A stretch of DNA of 64,000 nt, taken from NCBI GenBank assembly GCA_000806155.1, contig JWKX01000012.1, positions 5,563 to 69,562 on the forward strand, written 5' to 3'. Within the stretch, counting starts at the first letter, position 1. The number at the start of each line of letters is the position of its first letter. Of this stretch, positions 38,082 to 49,000 are shown in pieces. The stretch is from an archaeon GW2011_AR18. Its GTDB lineage: Archaea; Nanobdellota; Nanobdellia; SCGC-AAA011-G17; GW2011-AR18. Both the position numbers and the translations under genes were made by a program. The notes beneath the pieces were generated by a model, which did no database searches, had not been told where the DNA came from, and was given only the letters and a program-made list of their open reading frames with translations.

Positions 38082-38558
38082 ATGAGGTTGTTGATATTTT
38101 CAGTATTGTTATTTATATTATTGGTTCCATCGATTATTTCTGCAAGACAGAATTGTATTATTTCAGGTAACTCTTCATGTGATGGTTGTTCTAGTTATAA
38201 GTTTGGTGATAGATTCATTGTATGTTCTAATAATATGAAAGATTCTAATATTCTTCTTGATATTGATGATAATATCTTTGATCTTCAATTAAAAAAAGGT
38301 AATGAGTCTACTAATCTTATTTTATCAACAGTTTATGATAATGGTATTATGAAACCTAAGCTTGATGTATCTTTAGTTGTTAGTAAATTGGATAAGATTC
38401 CTTCTCTGATTGATACTAGCATAAGTAAGTTTCCGTTATATTCCTCATTATTCTTAGTAATCTTAATTTTTTTAGTTATCTCATTGATACTGAAAGATCT
38501 GTCATCTCCTTGGAAAAAGCATTATCATAGAAGAAAACATTTTAAAAATAAACATTAA
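38082..38558 (+). CDS. small secreted Cys-rich protein with C-terminal TM anchor
   Basis: Signal peptide, C-terminal hydrophobic helix plus a basic tail. Confidence 0.35.
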   Translation: MRLLIFSVLLFILLVPSIISARQNCIISGNSSCDGCSSYKFGDRFIVCSNNMKDSNILLDIDDNIFDLQLKKGNESTNLILSTVYDNGIMKPKLDVSLVVSKLDKIPSLIDTSISKFPLYSSLFLVILIFLVISLILKDLSSPWKKHYHRRKHFKNKH

Positions 38559-38559
38559 T

Positions 38560-38633
38560 CGAGCCTGGCAGGATTTGAACCCACATCACATGGTCCGTAG
38601 CCACGTATTCTATCCAGGTTAAACTACAGGCCC
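38560..38633 (-). tRNA. tRNA-Arg(ACG)
   Basis: rc GGGCCTG-TA-GTTT-AACCTGGATA-GAAT-A-CGTGG-CTACGGA-CCATG-TGAT-GTGGG-TTCAAAT-CCTGC-CAGGCTC-G; cloverleaf with G-U pairs; anticodon ACG. Confidence 0.7.
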
Positions 38634-38723
38634 GTTTTATTTTTATTATCTTGTATTTGCTTATTTAGTTTTTGTTTTCATAATCTTTTTAAGCAAGTAA
38701 TCTCTATGAAGATACCTTCATAT

Positions 38724-38748
38724 CAGGGTTCAAATCCCTGCAACCCCA
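38724..38748 (+). other. orphan tRNA 3' fragment (T-arm plus acceptor 3' strand): CAGGG-TTCAAAT-CCCTG-CAACCCC-A
   Basis: Perfect T-arm and acceptor 3' strand. No matching 5' half (GGGGTTG..., D-arm, anticodon arm) within about 150 nt on either side. Confidence 0.55.
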
Positions 38749-38932
38749 TTTTATTATTTTTCTATTAAATTCTAGGATTATTAGCAAATCTATTAATGTG
38801 TTTAGTTTTAAAAATTCTTTTATTTCACGCTTTTAAGCCTTATAACCTACAAATAACAACTTTATAGTGTATACAATAATGTCACTACTCACCGAAAGGT
38901 ATTTATATCTGTTTAATTCTTTAATCTTTACA

Positions 38933-40858
38933 ATGAAAAACTTTAAACTATTATCAATACCTATAATGTTTTTATTTTTAGTCTCAGTCGTATTTGCTGC
39001 TTATGATGTCAGGATAATTTCTGACTCAGTTGATGGAAGATTCACTGATGATTCACAATTGACTTGTGTTATCGCTGGATTTACAGGAGATCAACAGAGA
39101 GCTTTCTCATTCACATGGTTTGTTAACGGTGGCAGTGTATCTAATAATAGAGAGCTTCCAGCTTCATTAACTAATCCTGGAGATAATGTTTGGTGTGCTG
39201 TTGTTGATCCATTCCCTAATGCTGAGACTGGTGTTAGTGAACATATTACAATAGAAGATGTTAATGCTAATACAGCTCCAGTAGTTGATCTTCCAGAAGA
39301 TTTCTTCGTTGGAAGATTGGGGAATGTTTTTGATTTAAACGATTTTGTTACTGATGATAATACTCCAGATTCAAATATTAGATGGGCTGTTTCAAGAAGT
39401 AATAATTTTAGAGTTACAATAAATGGTGATAGAGTTAGTATTCGTCCTTTAGATAGGAATTTTAATGGTCAGGAAACTTTGACATTTACTGTTGCAGATG
39501 CAGAGGGTCAATCAAGTTCTGATACTGTAAATGTTGCAATTATTCATGTTGATAGGATTTTATTTTATGATGAAGATTTCAATCAGAGAAGTAATGATGA
39601 CTCTTTTTTCAGAGGTCAGGATTTACTAGTTGCTTTCTCAGTTAAAGCAGGCACTGATGGTGCTGCTGGCGTTGATGCTACAGTAAGTCTTGAAAGAAGT
39701 GGAAGAAGACTTGTTTTAAATAAATATAATGGTGTTATTGATACTGTTGTTGGTGACTTATCCATTGTTGATGGTGAATTATGTACAAGAAACGATGGTG
39801 TTACATGTACTAATCCTTCACCTGGTCAATACTTTTATGCTGGCATTGTACCGACAAACGATGGTGTTTTAGGTAATGCTCAAGTAGCTATAGATGCTGA
39901 TGGTGCTTTAGGAGATAAAGAAATCCAGGTATTAAATGCTCCACCTATTGTAGGTTTAGGACGTGATTTTACTGCTGTTATTGATGAACCTATAAATATT
40001 CCAGGTTCTATATTCGGTCAGTATGTTTTCGAAGTTGAAGATAGTGTTGACGAGATGTCCTTTGAATGGGATTTTAATAATGATGGTACAATCGATAGCA
40101 CAGAATCTGATCCATCAATTGTTTATGATTCACTTGGTGTTTACACCCTTAGATTGACTGTTACAGATTCTGAAGGTGCTTCATCCTCGGACACTATTCA
40201 AGTGACTGTACAAAATAAAATAAATTCACTTCCAGTAGCTAATGCTGGTGATGATAAATTATTAGGTGTTGAAGAATCAGCTTTATTTGATGGTTCTCTA
40301 TCTTCAGATCTTGATGGGACTATTGTTAGTTACTTATGGGATTTCGGAGATGGTAGTTCTGCTTCAACAGCAAGTGCTTTCCACGAATATTCAGCTCAGG
40401 GTGTTTATACTGTTACTCTGACTGTCACAGATAATAGAGGCGGTTCTGATACAGATACTCTTGTAGTTAGAGTTGACGTTTCCCAGAATAGAGGTGGAGA
40501 TCTTGACAGAAGGCTTGATGAAAATACAGCTCATAAGGAGATTCATGATTTCGCTCTAGGTCAAGTTAGAGACTTGAATGGTAAAACATCTTACAAGGCT
40601 GGTGAGACTGTTCATCTATTGCTTAGATTAAGCAACCAGGGTGATTTCGATGAGGCAGTTCAGCTTAGGACATTTGTTCAGGGTTCTAGGAACTACGATG
40701 TAAAGAATATTTATCTCGATGTCTCTCAGAATAAGCTTGTCCAGACACAATTCACAGTTCCAGGTAACATGCTTTCAGGCAATTATTTGGTTAAGTTTGT
40801 ATTATACTCAGAGGAGGGTATTGTAAAAACAGTTTATTGGCCGTTTATAGTAGCTTAA
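38933..40858 (+). CDS. secreted surface protein with PKD and Ig-like domains
   Basis: Signal peptide; WDFGDGSSASTASAFHEYSAQGVYTVTLTVTDNRGGSD and FEWDFNNDGTIDST...YTLRLTVTDSEG PKD repeats. Confidence 0.65.
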   Translation: MKNFKLLSIPIMFLFLVSVVFAAYDVRIISDSVDGRFTDDSQLTCVIAGFTGDQQRAFSFTWFVNGGSVSNNRELPASLTNPGDNVWCAVVDPFPNAETGVSEHITIEDVNANTAPVVDLPEDFFVGRLGNVFDLNDFVTDDNTPDSNIRWAVSRSNNFRVTINGDRVSIRPLDRNFNGQETLTFTVADAEGQSSSDTVNVAIIHVDRILFYDEDFNQRSNDDSFFRGQDLLVAFSVKAGTDGAAGVDATVSLERSGRRLVLNKYNGVIDTVVGDLSIVDGELCTRNDGVTCTNPSPGQYFYAGIVPTNDGVLGNAQVAIDADGALGDKEIQVLNAPPIVGLGRDFTAVIDEPINIPGSIFGQYVFEVEDSVDEMSFEWDFNNDGTIDSTESDPSIVYDSLGVYTLRLTVTDSEGASSSDTIQVTVQNKINSLPVANAGDDKLLGVEESALFDGSLSSDLDGTIVSYLWDFGDGSSASTASAFHEYSAQGVYTVTLTVTDNRGGSDTDTLVVRVDVSQNRGGDLDRRLDENTAHKEIHDFALGQVRDLNGKTSYKAGETVHLLLRLSNQGDFDEAVQLRTFVQGSRNYDVKNIYLDVSQNKLVQTQFTVPGNMLSGNYLVKFVLYSEEGIVKTVYWPFIVA

Positions 40859-40938
40859 ACGTTACTACCAAAAGGTTTATAAATATGTGTTTACTACATA
40901 ATGATAACATTTCATAATGTTTCATAGGGAGGAAAAAA

Positions 40939-42309
40939 ATGAAAAGTTTTAGAATATTCGCACTTGCAATGGTACTAGTATTAGTTTTAACTAGCACAGT
41001 ATCAGCTAACCATATACTTGGAAATCCATTATTAGGACACACAGGTAGTGTTAGTACAGCAAATAGTAGAGCACCAGACTTCACAATTCAAGAAGTTGAA
41101 GTTGATGGTACAGTTTTATCCGCAGGCTCTGCATTACACGTTGAAAGAGCTTCAACAGTTTATGTAGACGTTTGGGTAAGAGGAAATGACGTATTTAGAC
41201 AATGCACAGATAATAGAGCAAGATCATGTTATGATGTTAAGGTTAAAGCTTTCATCGGTGGTTACGAATATGGTGAAGTAGAAGACGTTAGTGAACCTTT
41301 CGAGGTAGAACCTGGCGTTACATACAGAAAAACACTAAAATTAGTAATACCTAGTGATATTGAAGCTTCTGATGATTACACATTGAGAGTTGAAGCTTTC
41401 GATGATGATCAAAGCACAGATGATTCAATGGTAACTAAGAAATCTTTCACACTAAGATTACAAGAGATCAGACACAGTGTTAATATATTTGACACATTAT
41501 TCAACCCTTCAAATTACGTACAAGCTGGTCAGCCAGTTTTCGTAACTGTAAGAGCAGAGAATCTTGGAGACAATATAGAAGACAGTGTTAAAGTTACTGT
41601 TAGCGTACCTCAGTTAGGTATACAGACTCAAGAATACATTGATCAGTTAGAGACATCACAATCTCAGAGAAACTCTGATAGGAATGATGGTTTCACATCA
41701 AATGACCTTGTATTGATGGTACCTCAGGATGCTAAAGAAGGAACTTACGATGTTATTGTAAGATTAGATTACAATAGATTCCACAGTTTCGAAGAACAGA
41801 AATACACATTGTATGTTAGAAGCTCACAAGCAGTAGTTCAACCAGCAAGCACTTTAGTTAATGTTGATACATTAGCTCAGAAAGTAGAAGATGGTAAGGG
41901 TGCTGTTTACAAGCTATCAGTTGCTAACTTAAATAAAGTAGCACAATCTTACACTGTTGAAGTTTCAGGTACAGATAGTTGGGCTAACGTAGTAGTTACT
42001 CCAATGACATTAACTGTACAGCCTGACACTACATCTGAAGTTAACGTTTACGTTGCTCCAAATGAAGGTTTCACAGGTTTAAAAACTTTCAGTGTTAAGG
42101 TTATGTCTGGAAGCAATGTTGTAACAGAAAAGAATTTAAGCCTTGAGGTTACACCAAAAGCAGTTGCTAGCGATACAACTAAGAGAGTATTGACAATAGT
42201 ATTTGTTATACTTTTATTAGTGCTTGTATTATTAGCAGTTATCTTGTTAATAAAAAAATTAACAGAAGATAAAGATGATAAGGGCGTAGAAGGTAAGACT
42301 TACTACTAA
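40939..42309 (+). CDS. surface protein with C-terminal TM anchor (S-layer-like)
   Basis: Signal peptide, beta-rich body, C-terminal VLTIVFVILLLVLVLLAVILLIKK. A-ending codon bias unlike the host. Confidence 0.5.
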   Translation: MKSFRIFALAMVLVLVLTSTVSANHILGNPLLGHTGSVSTANSRAPDFTIQEVEVDGTVLSAGSALHVERASTVYVDVWVRGNDVFRQCTDNRARSCYDVKVKAFIGGYEYGEVEDVSEPFEVEPGVTYRKTLKLVIPSDIEASDDYTLRVEAFDDDQSTDDSMVTKKSFTLRLQEIRHSVNIFDTLFNPSNYVQAGQPVFVTVRAENLGDNIEDSVKVTVSVPQLGIQTQEYIDQLETSQSQRNSDRNDGFTSNDLVLMVPQDAKEGTYDVIVRLDYNRFHSFEEQKYTLYVRSSQAVVQPASTLVNVDTLAQKVEDGKGAVYKLSVANLNKVAQSYTVEVSGTDSWANVVVTPMTLTVQPDTTSEVNVYVAPNEGFTGLKTFSVKVMSGSNVVTEKNLSLEVTPKAVASDTTKRVLTIVFVILLLVLVLLAVILLIKKLTEDKDDKGVEGKTYY

Positions 42310-42326
42310 CTTAGCAAACTGTATAA

Positions 42327-44654
42327 GTGGTGTTAATGAAAGGTATTAAAAACTTTTTTTCAATTTTTTTTATATTTCTTATAATTTTATCTTCAGTAAA
42401 TGCATTCTCAGTTTCTCAAGAATCAATAAGCAATCCATTATGTCCTAGAGATACTGGTTTATTTGTTGATATTATAAAGAACACTGATCCAGTTTCTAAA
42501 GATTTCAATATTAACTCTAGAGGCTCTGCTTCTGGCTGGGCTGTCACTGTTCCTAATAGTTTTGTTCTTAATCCTAATGAGGAAAAGAAAGTTTATTCTT
42601 ATATTACTCCATCACAGACTGCTAATCCTGGTAACTATAATCTTGATACTGTTATAAGCACTGATGATGATTCTAAGGTTATATCTCATTCTGTTATTGT
42701 TAAGGACTGTTTCAAGGCTGGTTTGACTTCTATTACATCAACTAAACAGGAGATGTGTCCTGATGGTGCTGTAAAATATGAATTAACATTAACTAATAGG
42801 GGAGAATTCAAGGAGACTTTTAGATTATCTGTTGAAGGTGAACTAAAGAATATAATTAGTCTAACTGATAGTTCTGTTATTCTTGATAAATCAGAAAGCA
42901 AGAAGATTATTGTTTATCTGAAAGCCCCTGTTGATAGTCGTGAATATCAATTTACTGTTATTGCTATTGGTGATTCTGGCAAGACTCGTGATTCTGTTCC
43001 TTTGACATTGAAAGTTAATCCCTGTTATGATTTTGATTTTAAGGTTTTGGCAGATACATCTTATAATGTCTGTGACAGGAGCTATAATGTTGTCCCTTTG
43101 ATGATAGAGAATAAAGGTACTGCTATCAATACTTACAAGCTTGATGTTGATGGTCCTATATGGGCTAGGTCTGAGAAGCTTGAACTTACTCTGAGATCTA
43201 ATGAGGCTAAGAATTTTAATCTTGTTTTTGCCCCTACTTATGGGGTAGAAGGTTCTTTCCCTGTTCATCTAGAAGTATCTCCTCAGATTGGTTTTAATAA
43301 AATTTCCAAGGATCTTAATATTTTAGTAAGGAAATGTTATGGTGTTAAGGCAGATATTATTGATTCTTCATCTCAAATATGTCAGGGAGTAGAATCATCT
43401 TTTAATGCTGTTGTTAAGAATACTGGAGAGATAAGAAAATCTTACAGGATAGGATTGGAATCTCCATCTTGGGTTTCTTCTGATACTAAAATTTTGAATA
43501 TTGATGGTGGTGAGGAAAAGAATCTTATTATTAAAGCTTTTCCTACTTCAGATGTTAAGCCAGGTTCTTATAATGTAGATTTTTTAGTAAATTCAACTGA
43601 TCAGGATGGTCTGCAGGATAAAGACTCTATTAAATTAGATGTTGTCTCTGTTAATGATTGTTACAAACCTAAATTATCTTTTCCTTATGATGATGTTATT
43701 GTTTATTATGATTCAAGTGCTTTGATTCCTTTTAATATTGAGAATTCAGGTGTTAGAAAAGCATCTTATAATTTGTTCTTGAGTGGTAATGCTGCTACTT
43801 TCAGTAGTATGACTCCTGTTGAGATTAATGTTGATCCAGGCAAGACCGAAACAGCTTATGTTTACGTAGCACCTAAGACTAATATGCCTCTTGGTGTTTA
43901 TGATGCTAAGATTACTTTAAGTTTAAAGAATGGTGCTGCTCTTGATTCTAGAGATATGAAGATTGAGATTACTGATAATAAGGAAAAAGCTACAGATATT
44001 AAGTTATCAAGTTCAGGTCCTGTTGTTAATTCAACATCTTTAAGTTTTGCTTCAAGAGTCAAGAATTGGTTTGGTGGTTTATTCTCTTCTGATGATAATG
44101 ATGTTAACAACTTATTATCCTATGATGATGTAAATGCTTCTGCAAGTGTAGTTGTCTCACCTTTAGATGACAATACTGGTTTATTTTCAAGATTCAGATA
44201 TTATTTCTTGGCTGCTTTTATTTTACTCGCTTTGATTATTTTATTTTTCGTATTTGGTATGTATAAGACTATTGTATCTTTCTTCGATGATGAAGTTGTT
44301 GATTATAATAAAGATGATAAGACAAACGAAGTTCATTCTGATGCTGTTTTCAATAATGCTATTGATTCCAAGCCTGAAGTTGTAAAGAAAGTTATTAAGA
44401 AAAAAGTTATTGAGAAACCTGTTAAAACTGCTAAAGTTGTCAAGAAAAAAGCTCCTTTAAGTATTGCAAAAATTGAAGAACCTAAACCAGAAGTTAAGAA
44501 AGTTTCTAATACAAATTATATTAAAAAAGAATCTACTAAAACTGAAATTAAAAAAAATGTTAAGAAAGATTATGTTAAATCAGAGCCTAAAGCTTACGGT
44601 GTTATTGATTCTCCTGCTCTTAATGAATTAAAAGATAAGATTGATGAGGAATGA
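42327..44654 (+). CDS. large repetitive surface protein (CARDB/DUF11-like repeats) with C-terminal TM and K-rich tail
   Basis: Signal peptide; about 100-aa repeats each with a conserved Cys pair (KDCF/KVNPCYDF/RKCYG/NDCYKP); C-terminal TM. Confidence 0.5.
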   Translation: MVLMKGIKNFFSIFFIFLIILSSVNAFSVSQESISNPLCPRDTGLFVDIIKNTDPVSKDFNINSRGSASGWAVTVPNSFVLNPNEEKKVYSYITPSQTANPGNYNLDTVISTDDDSKVISHSVIVKDCFKAGLTSITSTKQEMCPDGAVKYELTLTNRGEFKETFRLSVEGELKNIISLTDSSVILDKSESKKIIVYLKAPVDSREYQFTVIAIGDSGKTRDSVPLTLKVNPCYDFDFKVLADTSYNVCDRSYNVVPLMIENKGTAINTYKLDVDGPIWARSEKLELTLRSNEAKNFNLVFAPTYGVEGSFPVHLEVSPQIGFNKISKDLNILVRKCYGVKADIIDSSSQICQGVESSFNAVVKNTGEIRKSYRIGLESPSWVSSDTKILNIDGGEEKNLIIKAFPTSDVKPGSYNVDFLVNSTDQDGLQDKDSIKLDVVSVNDCYKPKLSFPYDDVIVYYDSSALIPFNIENSGVRKASYNLFLSGNAATFSSMTPVEINVDPGKTETAYVYVAPKTNMPLGVYDAKITLSLKNGAALDSRDMKIEITDNKEKATDIKLSSSGPVVNSTSLSFASRVKNWFGGLFSSDDNDVNNLLSYDDVNASASVVVSPLDDNTGLFSRFRYYFLAAFILLALIILFFVFGMYKTIVSFFDDEVVDYNKDDKTNEVHSDAVFNNAIDSKPEVVKKVIKKKVIEKPVKTAKVVKKKAPLSIAKIEEPKPEVKKVSNTNYIKKESTKTEIKKNVKKDYVKSEPKAYGVIDSPALNELKDKIDEE

Positions 44655-45193
44655 CTAAACTAATTTTAGATTTTGATGAATTAAAAACTCTAAAACAATC
44701 TTTTGATTTTTATAGAAGGTTAGTATCTCATATTGAAGACACAAGGATTACTCATGAATTAAATATTCTTCAGCTGGAGAAATTTCTGATGAATGATAGG
44801 ACTGGCAGAGATTTTTCTTTTCCTAAAAGACTGGTTAGGGAATATGGTGTTGAATTATTTTTCCATGGTGAAAGATATGAGTCAGATAAAATATTAAAGT
44901 CTTTAGCTAATCATAAATATGGTTTTAATCCAGGGTTTTTTCCAGAACCTCTTGTAAATATAAGAAATACTTTTTATCCACTAGATGAAATTCAAGGTTT
45001 TACATTCTCGTTTTCTTCTTTATCTAAAGATGAAGAAATTTCAAGATGGGAATCTAAAGATTATAAGACTAGAACAAAAAGTCGTGAAATGTATGTTATC
45101 AATTCTAAAGGATATTATGTTGCAAGATATTTATTTGATAAAGTTATAGATGTTCCATATAATTCTATTGATGAATTTGTTAACAATTTCTAA
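44651..45193 (+). CDS. hypothetical protein (translationally coupled to the surface protein gene)
   Basis: ATGA overlap with 42327..44654. Confidence 0.35.
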   Translation: MTKLILDFDELKTLKQSFDFYRRLVSHIEDTRITHELNILQLEKFLMNDRTGRDFSFPKRLVREYGVELFFHGERYESDKILKSLANHKYGFNPGFFPEPLVNIRNTFYPLDEIQGFTFSFSSLSKDEEISRWESKDYKTRTKSREMYVINSKGYYVARYLFDKVIDVPYNSIDEFVNNF

Positions 45194-46017
45194 ACTTTCA
45201 TACTTACTACTTTAGAGACTCCATCCTGCATTGTTACTCCGTAAACAAAGTTTCCTTCATGTATTACATGGTCATTATGGCTTATTACCAAATATTGTGC
45301 TTTATCTGAATATTTCTTTATTAATTGTGATAATAATTCTGCATTTCTTTTATCTAATGCTGCATCTACCTCATCTAATAAATAGAACGGTGATGGTGCA
45401 AATTCCTGTATTGCAAATATGAACGATAATGCAGTCATTGTTTTCTCTCCGCCTGATAGGCTTTTCAGATCTAGATGTTTGTTTCCTGCTATTTTTACTT
45501 GTATATCTACCCCTCCAGCAAATGGATCTTCTGGATTTTCTAATTCTACTTGTACCTCACCTTTTGTGTTTAATGAACTGAATATCTCCTTGAATTTTTT
45601 TGTTACTTGGTTGTATGTTTTCATGAATATCTCTTTCTTCCTTGATTCTACCTCATTCATTACATTTAGTACATCATCTTTTTCAACTTTTAATTTTGTT
45701 ACTTTATCAACTACTTCTGTATACTCTTTTTGTATCCCCTCATATACCTCTAATGCTCTCAGGTTTACATTTCCTATTGAATTCAGTAATTTTTCATTCT
45801 CTCTTATCCTTAATTGCAGTTCTTCATAATTTACTCCCCTCTTTATTGTAGCATCTTTATAATTCTCAAATTCTTTTTGTAATCCTTCCATCTCTGCTAT
45901 TATCTTTGCTCTGTCTATTGATATATTATTTAGTTTTTGTTCATGTTCTTTTATTCTCTCTTCCTCTCTTACAAGATTATTATATCTTTTATTTGTATTG
46001 TCTCTTTCAAAAATTCT
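45190..46017 (-). CDS. smc: SMC chromosome segregation ATPase, C-terminal portion (after a frameshift)
   Basis: LSGGEKTMTALSFIFAIQEF (ABC signature) and YLLDEVDAALD (Walker B). Upstream in the same frame the coiled coil continues to 46017 (RIFERDNTNKRYNNLVREEERIKEHEQ...). Confidence 0.8.
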   Translation of the reverse strand, partial: RIFERDNTNKRYNNLVREEERIKEHEQKLNNISIDRAKIIAEMEGLQKEFENYKDATIKRGVNYEELQLRIRENEKLLNSIGNVNLRALEVYEGIQKEYTEVVDKVTKLKVEKDDVLNVMNEVESRKKEIFMKTYNQVTKKFKEIFSSLNTKGEVQVELENPEDPFAGGVDIQVKIAGNKHLDLKSLSGGEKTMTALSFIFAIQEFAPSPFYLLDEVDAALDKRNAELLSQLIKKYSDKAQYLVISHNDHVIHEGNFVYGVTMQDGVSKVVSMKV

Positions 46018-49000
46018 TCATTTTCTTTTTCTTGCTGTTTTATTATTTTTTCAGTTTTTTCTTTTTCAGGATTTAGCATTGATGTTACCTGCACCTCTAT
46101 ATTCTTTATATTTGAATTTATTTCTAGTATTGATTCTTTTGTTTTCATTCTTTGTTCTTCTAGCACATCGAAGTTTTTAATTAGTTCTGGATCATTTAAT
46201 TTTTCTCTTAGTTTTGTTTTCTTCTCTTTTAAATCCTCTAATATTCCTACTGTTTTATTTAATTCTTTATCAACATTTTCAATATTCTTTTCTTGTTCTT
46301 TTGATGTATTTATTAAACTTTTTTTCTCTTCTATTAATGAGTTTATATCATATCCTTCAACATTTAATGTTTTTTCCATTCTTATTATATTTCCTTCAAG
46401 TTCTGCTTTATTCTCTCTTAAACTGGAAATCATAACCTCGTTTTCTGTTCTTTTATTTTCTAAATTGCTTACTAGCACACTTAGTTTTTTTACTTCGACA
46501 TCTAACTTGTTTATATTATTATCAACTTCTTTTTCTTTGAATCCTAGTCCTGCTTTCTGCATTCTGTATCCGCCTATCATTGCTCCAGATGGTTCTAATA
46601 AATCTCCATCTAATGTAACCATTCTGGCTTTTCCTATTCCTATTCTTCTTGCTATTTCTATGCTATCAACTATTACTGTTGTTCCGAATACATATGAGAA
46701 TATATCTGCATACATTGGATCATAACTTACTAGATCAGTTGCTAATCCCTGTACTCCATTTGACTTTAATACATCTTTAATGCTTGGATCCATTACTCTA
46801 GATTTTACTTTGTTTAATGGCAAAAATGTTGCCACTCCTAATTTATTCATTTTTAGATGTTCTATGCATTTTTGTGCTACTGTATCACTGTCTACTACTA
46901 TGCTCTGTATTCTTGATCCTGCAGCAACTTCTAATGCTTGTGAATATTTTCCTTCTACATTTCCTAGTGTTGATACTATTCCATGTATTCCTTTTACTGA
47001 ATTTTTTAATTCTATTATCTTTCTTACAGCTAGATCTCCCATTGCTCTCTCTTGTATGCTTACCTGTCTTGTTGTTAGTTTTGCTAGTTCTTCATTGCTC
47101 TGCATTAATTCATGTCTTGATCTGCTTAATTGTGCTGCATATGACGAATCTTCATTTAAACATTTTGCTAGTTTTTCTGTTATTTCCTTGAATAATCTTT
47201 TATTATTTTTTAATTCCTCAACATCTTTTGTTGATCCTTTTAGATTATTTATTCTCTCTTCTGTAGAATTTAGTTTGTATGTTAATTGGTCTTTATTCCT
47301 TATTAATTCCTGCCTGTTAATATTTATTCTGTTTATTTCTTCTTGTTTTTTTTCTATCTCTTTTTCTAATTTTTCTATTGTCTCTGTCTCATTGTCTATT
47401 CCTGATTTTTCTTTTAATGTTTGTATCTTTTTGTCTATCTCTTTCTCTCTATTTACTAATGTTATTATATCGCTATCATGTGCTTTTTTCTTTAATTGTA
47501 ATTCTTTTATTTTTTCTTCTATCTCCTTTATATTCCATAACAGCTGCTCTTTTCTCTGTTTTATTTTCACAACCTCTGTATTGCACACTTCTAATCTTGA
47601 GTTTGATTTTACTGTATTTGTCTTTATATCTTCTATATCTTTTCTTAATGTTAACTGGTCTTTTGCTCCTTTTACTTCTATTTCTTCATTTATTTTTTTA
47701 ATCTCATCTTTATGATTGTTTATATTCGTTTTATGGTTGTTTATCTCTTCATTTATTTTACTAATTTTATTTTCTGCCTCTTTTTTTCTTCCCTCTATCT
47801 CATCAATTTTTTCCTGCTTGTTTTTTATCTGTAAATGTGTATATGTTGCTCTATCATCTTTTATTGATTCTTGTATCTCTTTGTATTTTATTGCCTGGTC
47901 TCTCTCTTTTTTTAATTCTCTTAAATTAGCCTCTCTTTCTGTTAATATTATTCCAGCTTCATTTAGTTTAGAATCTACTTTCTCTAATTCTTGCAGACAT
48001 TTTCCTTTTTTCTCTTCATATATTGATATTCCTGCTATCTCCTCTATTATCTGTCTCCTATCTGTTGATTTCATCTCCATGAAATGTATTATATCACCTT
48101 GTAATATTATATTATGTCCGTCAGGATCTATCTTTGCGGCGTTTAATAAGTCTAATACTTGCTGTCTTGTCCTTACCTCATCATTTATCATATAGACGCT
48201 TGTTCCATTTTGTTTTACTGTTCTTGTTATCCTTACATCTTTCTCTTTTAATGGGAATTTTCCTAGACTATTATCAAATTCTATCATTACTTCTGCTTCT
48301 TTTGAAGGGCTTTGTTTTTTCCCGCCATTAAATATTAAGTTAGAACTCTTTTCTGCTCTCATCTCTTTTGCAGATGATTTTCCTAATACAAAACATAATG
48401 CGTCTACTATATTGCTGTTATGTACATACATTCCATTTGCTATAAAATTATGATTATCTTCAACTTCTATATCATAAACATATTCCTCACCATTTACTTT
48501 TTCTACTTTTATTATTTCATCCCAGAATATTTCTGAAGATGCTATCCTGTTTAATAATGTTAATAGCTTTAGTGAATAGTCTAAATGTTCTTCCAAAAAT
48601 TCCTTTTCAAAATTATATAATCTCTCCAAATTTTGTGGTTTTGCGTTGAATACTCCATTTTTCCAGGATATATTAACAGTATTAGTTGCTACTCCTAATA
48701 TTGAAGCTGTTTGCGTTCCTGAAATATTAATTTTTTCTAGATTATCAACTAGTTTTACAGTGTTCATTTCTAAGGATTTATATACTTGATAAAGATCAAA
48801 CCATCTATCAGTGAATAATTCTATTAAATCTTTTAGTTTATATCTGCTTGAATAACATCTGTTTTCATAATACGATGCTAGTGATGGATATTCTTTTCTC
48901 AAATTTTTTACTTTTAATCCTAATGATCTTACAATCTCTTTTATATACAGATTTATTTCTTTAGGTAAGAAGTCCACGTTTGTATTTGTTTCAACATCAT

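Noticed and set aside
45937-48331. Long plus-strand ORFs (45937..46725, 46780..47715, 47716..48195 and others) opposite the SMC gene
   Set aside because: Antisense frames through the AT-rich SMC coiled-coil region; F/S/L-rich with no motifs.
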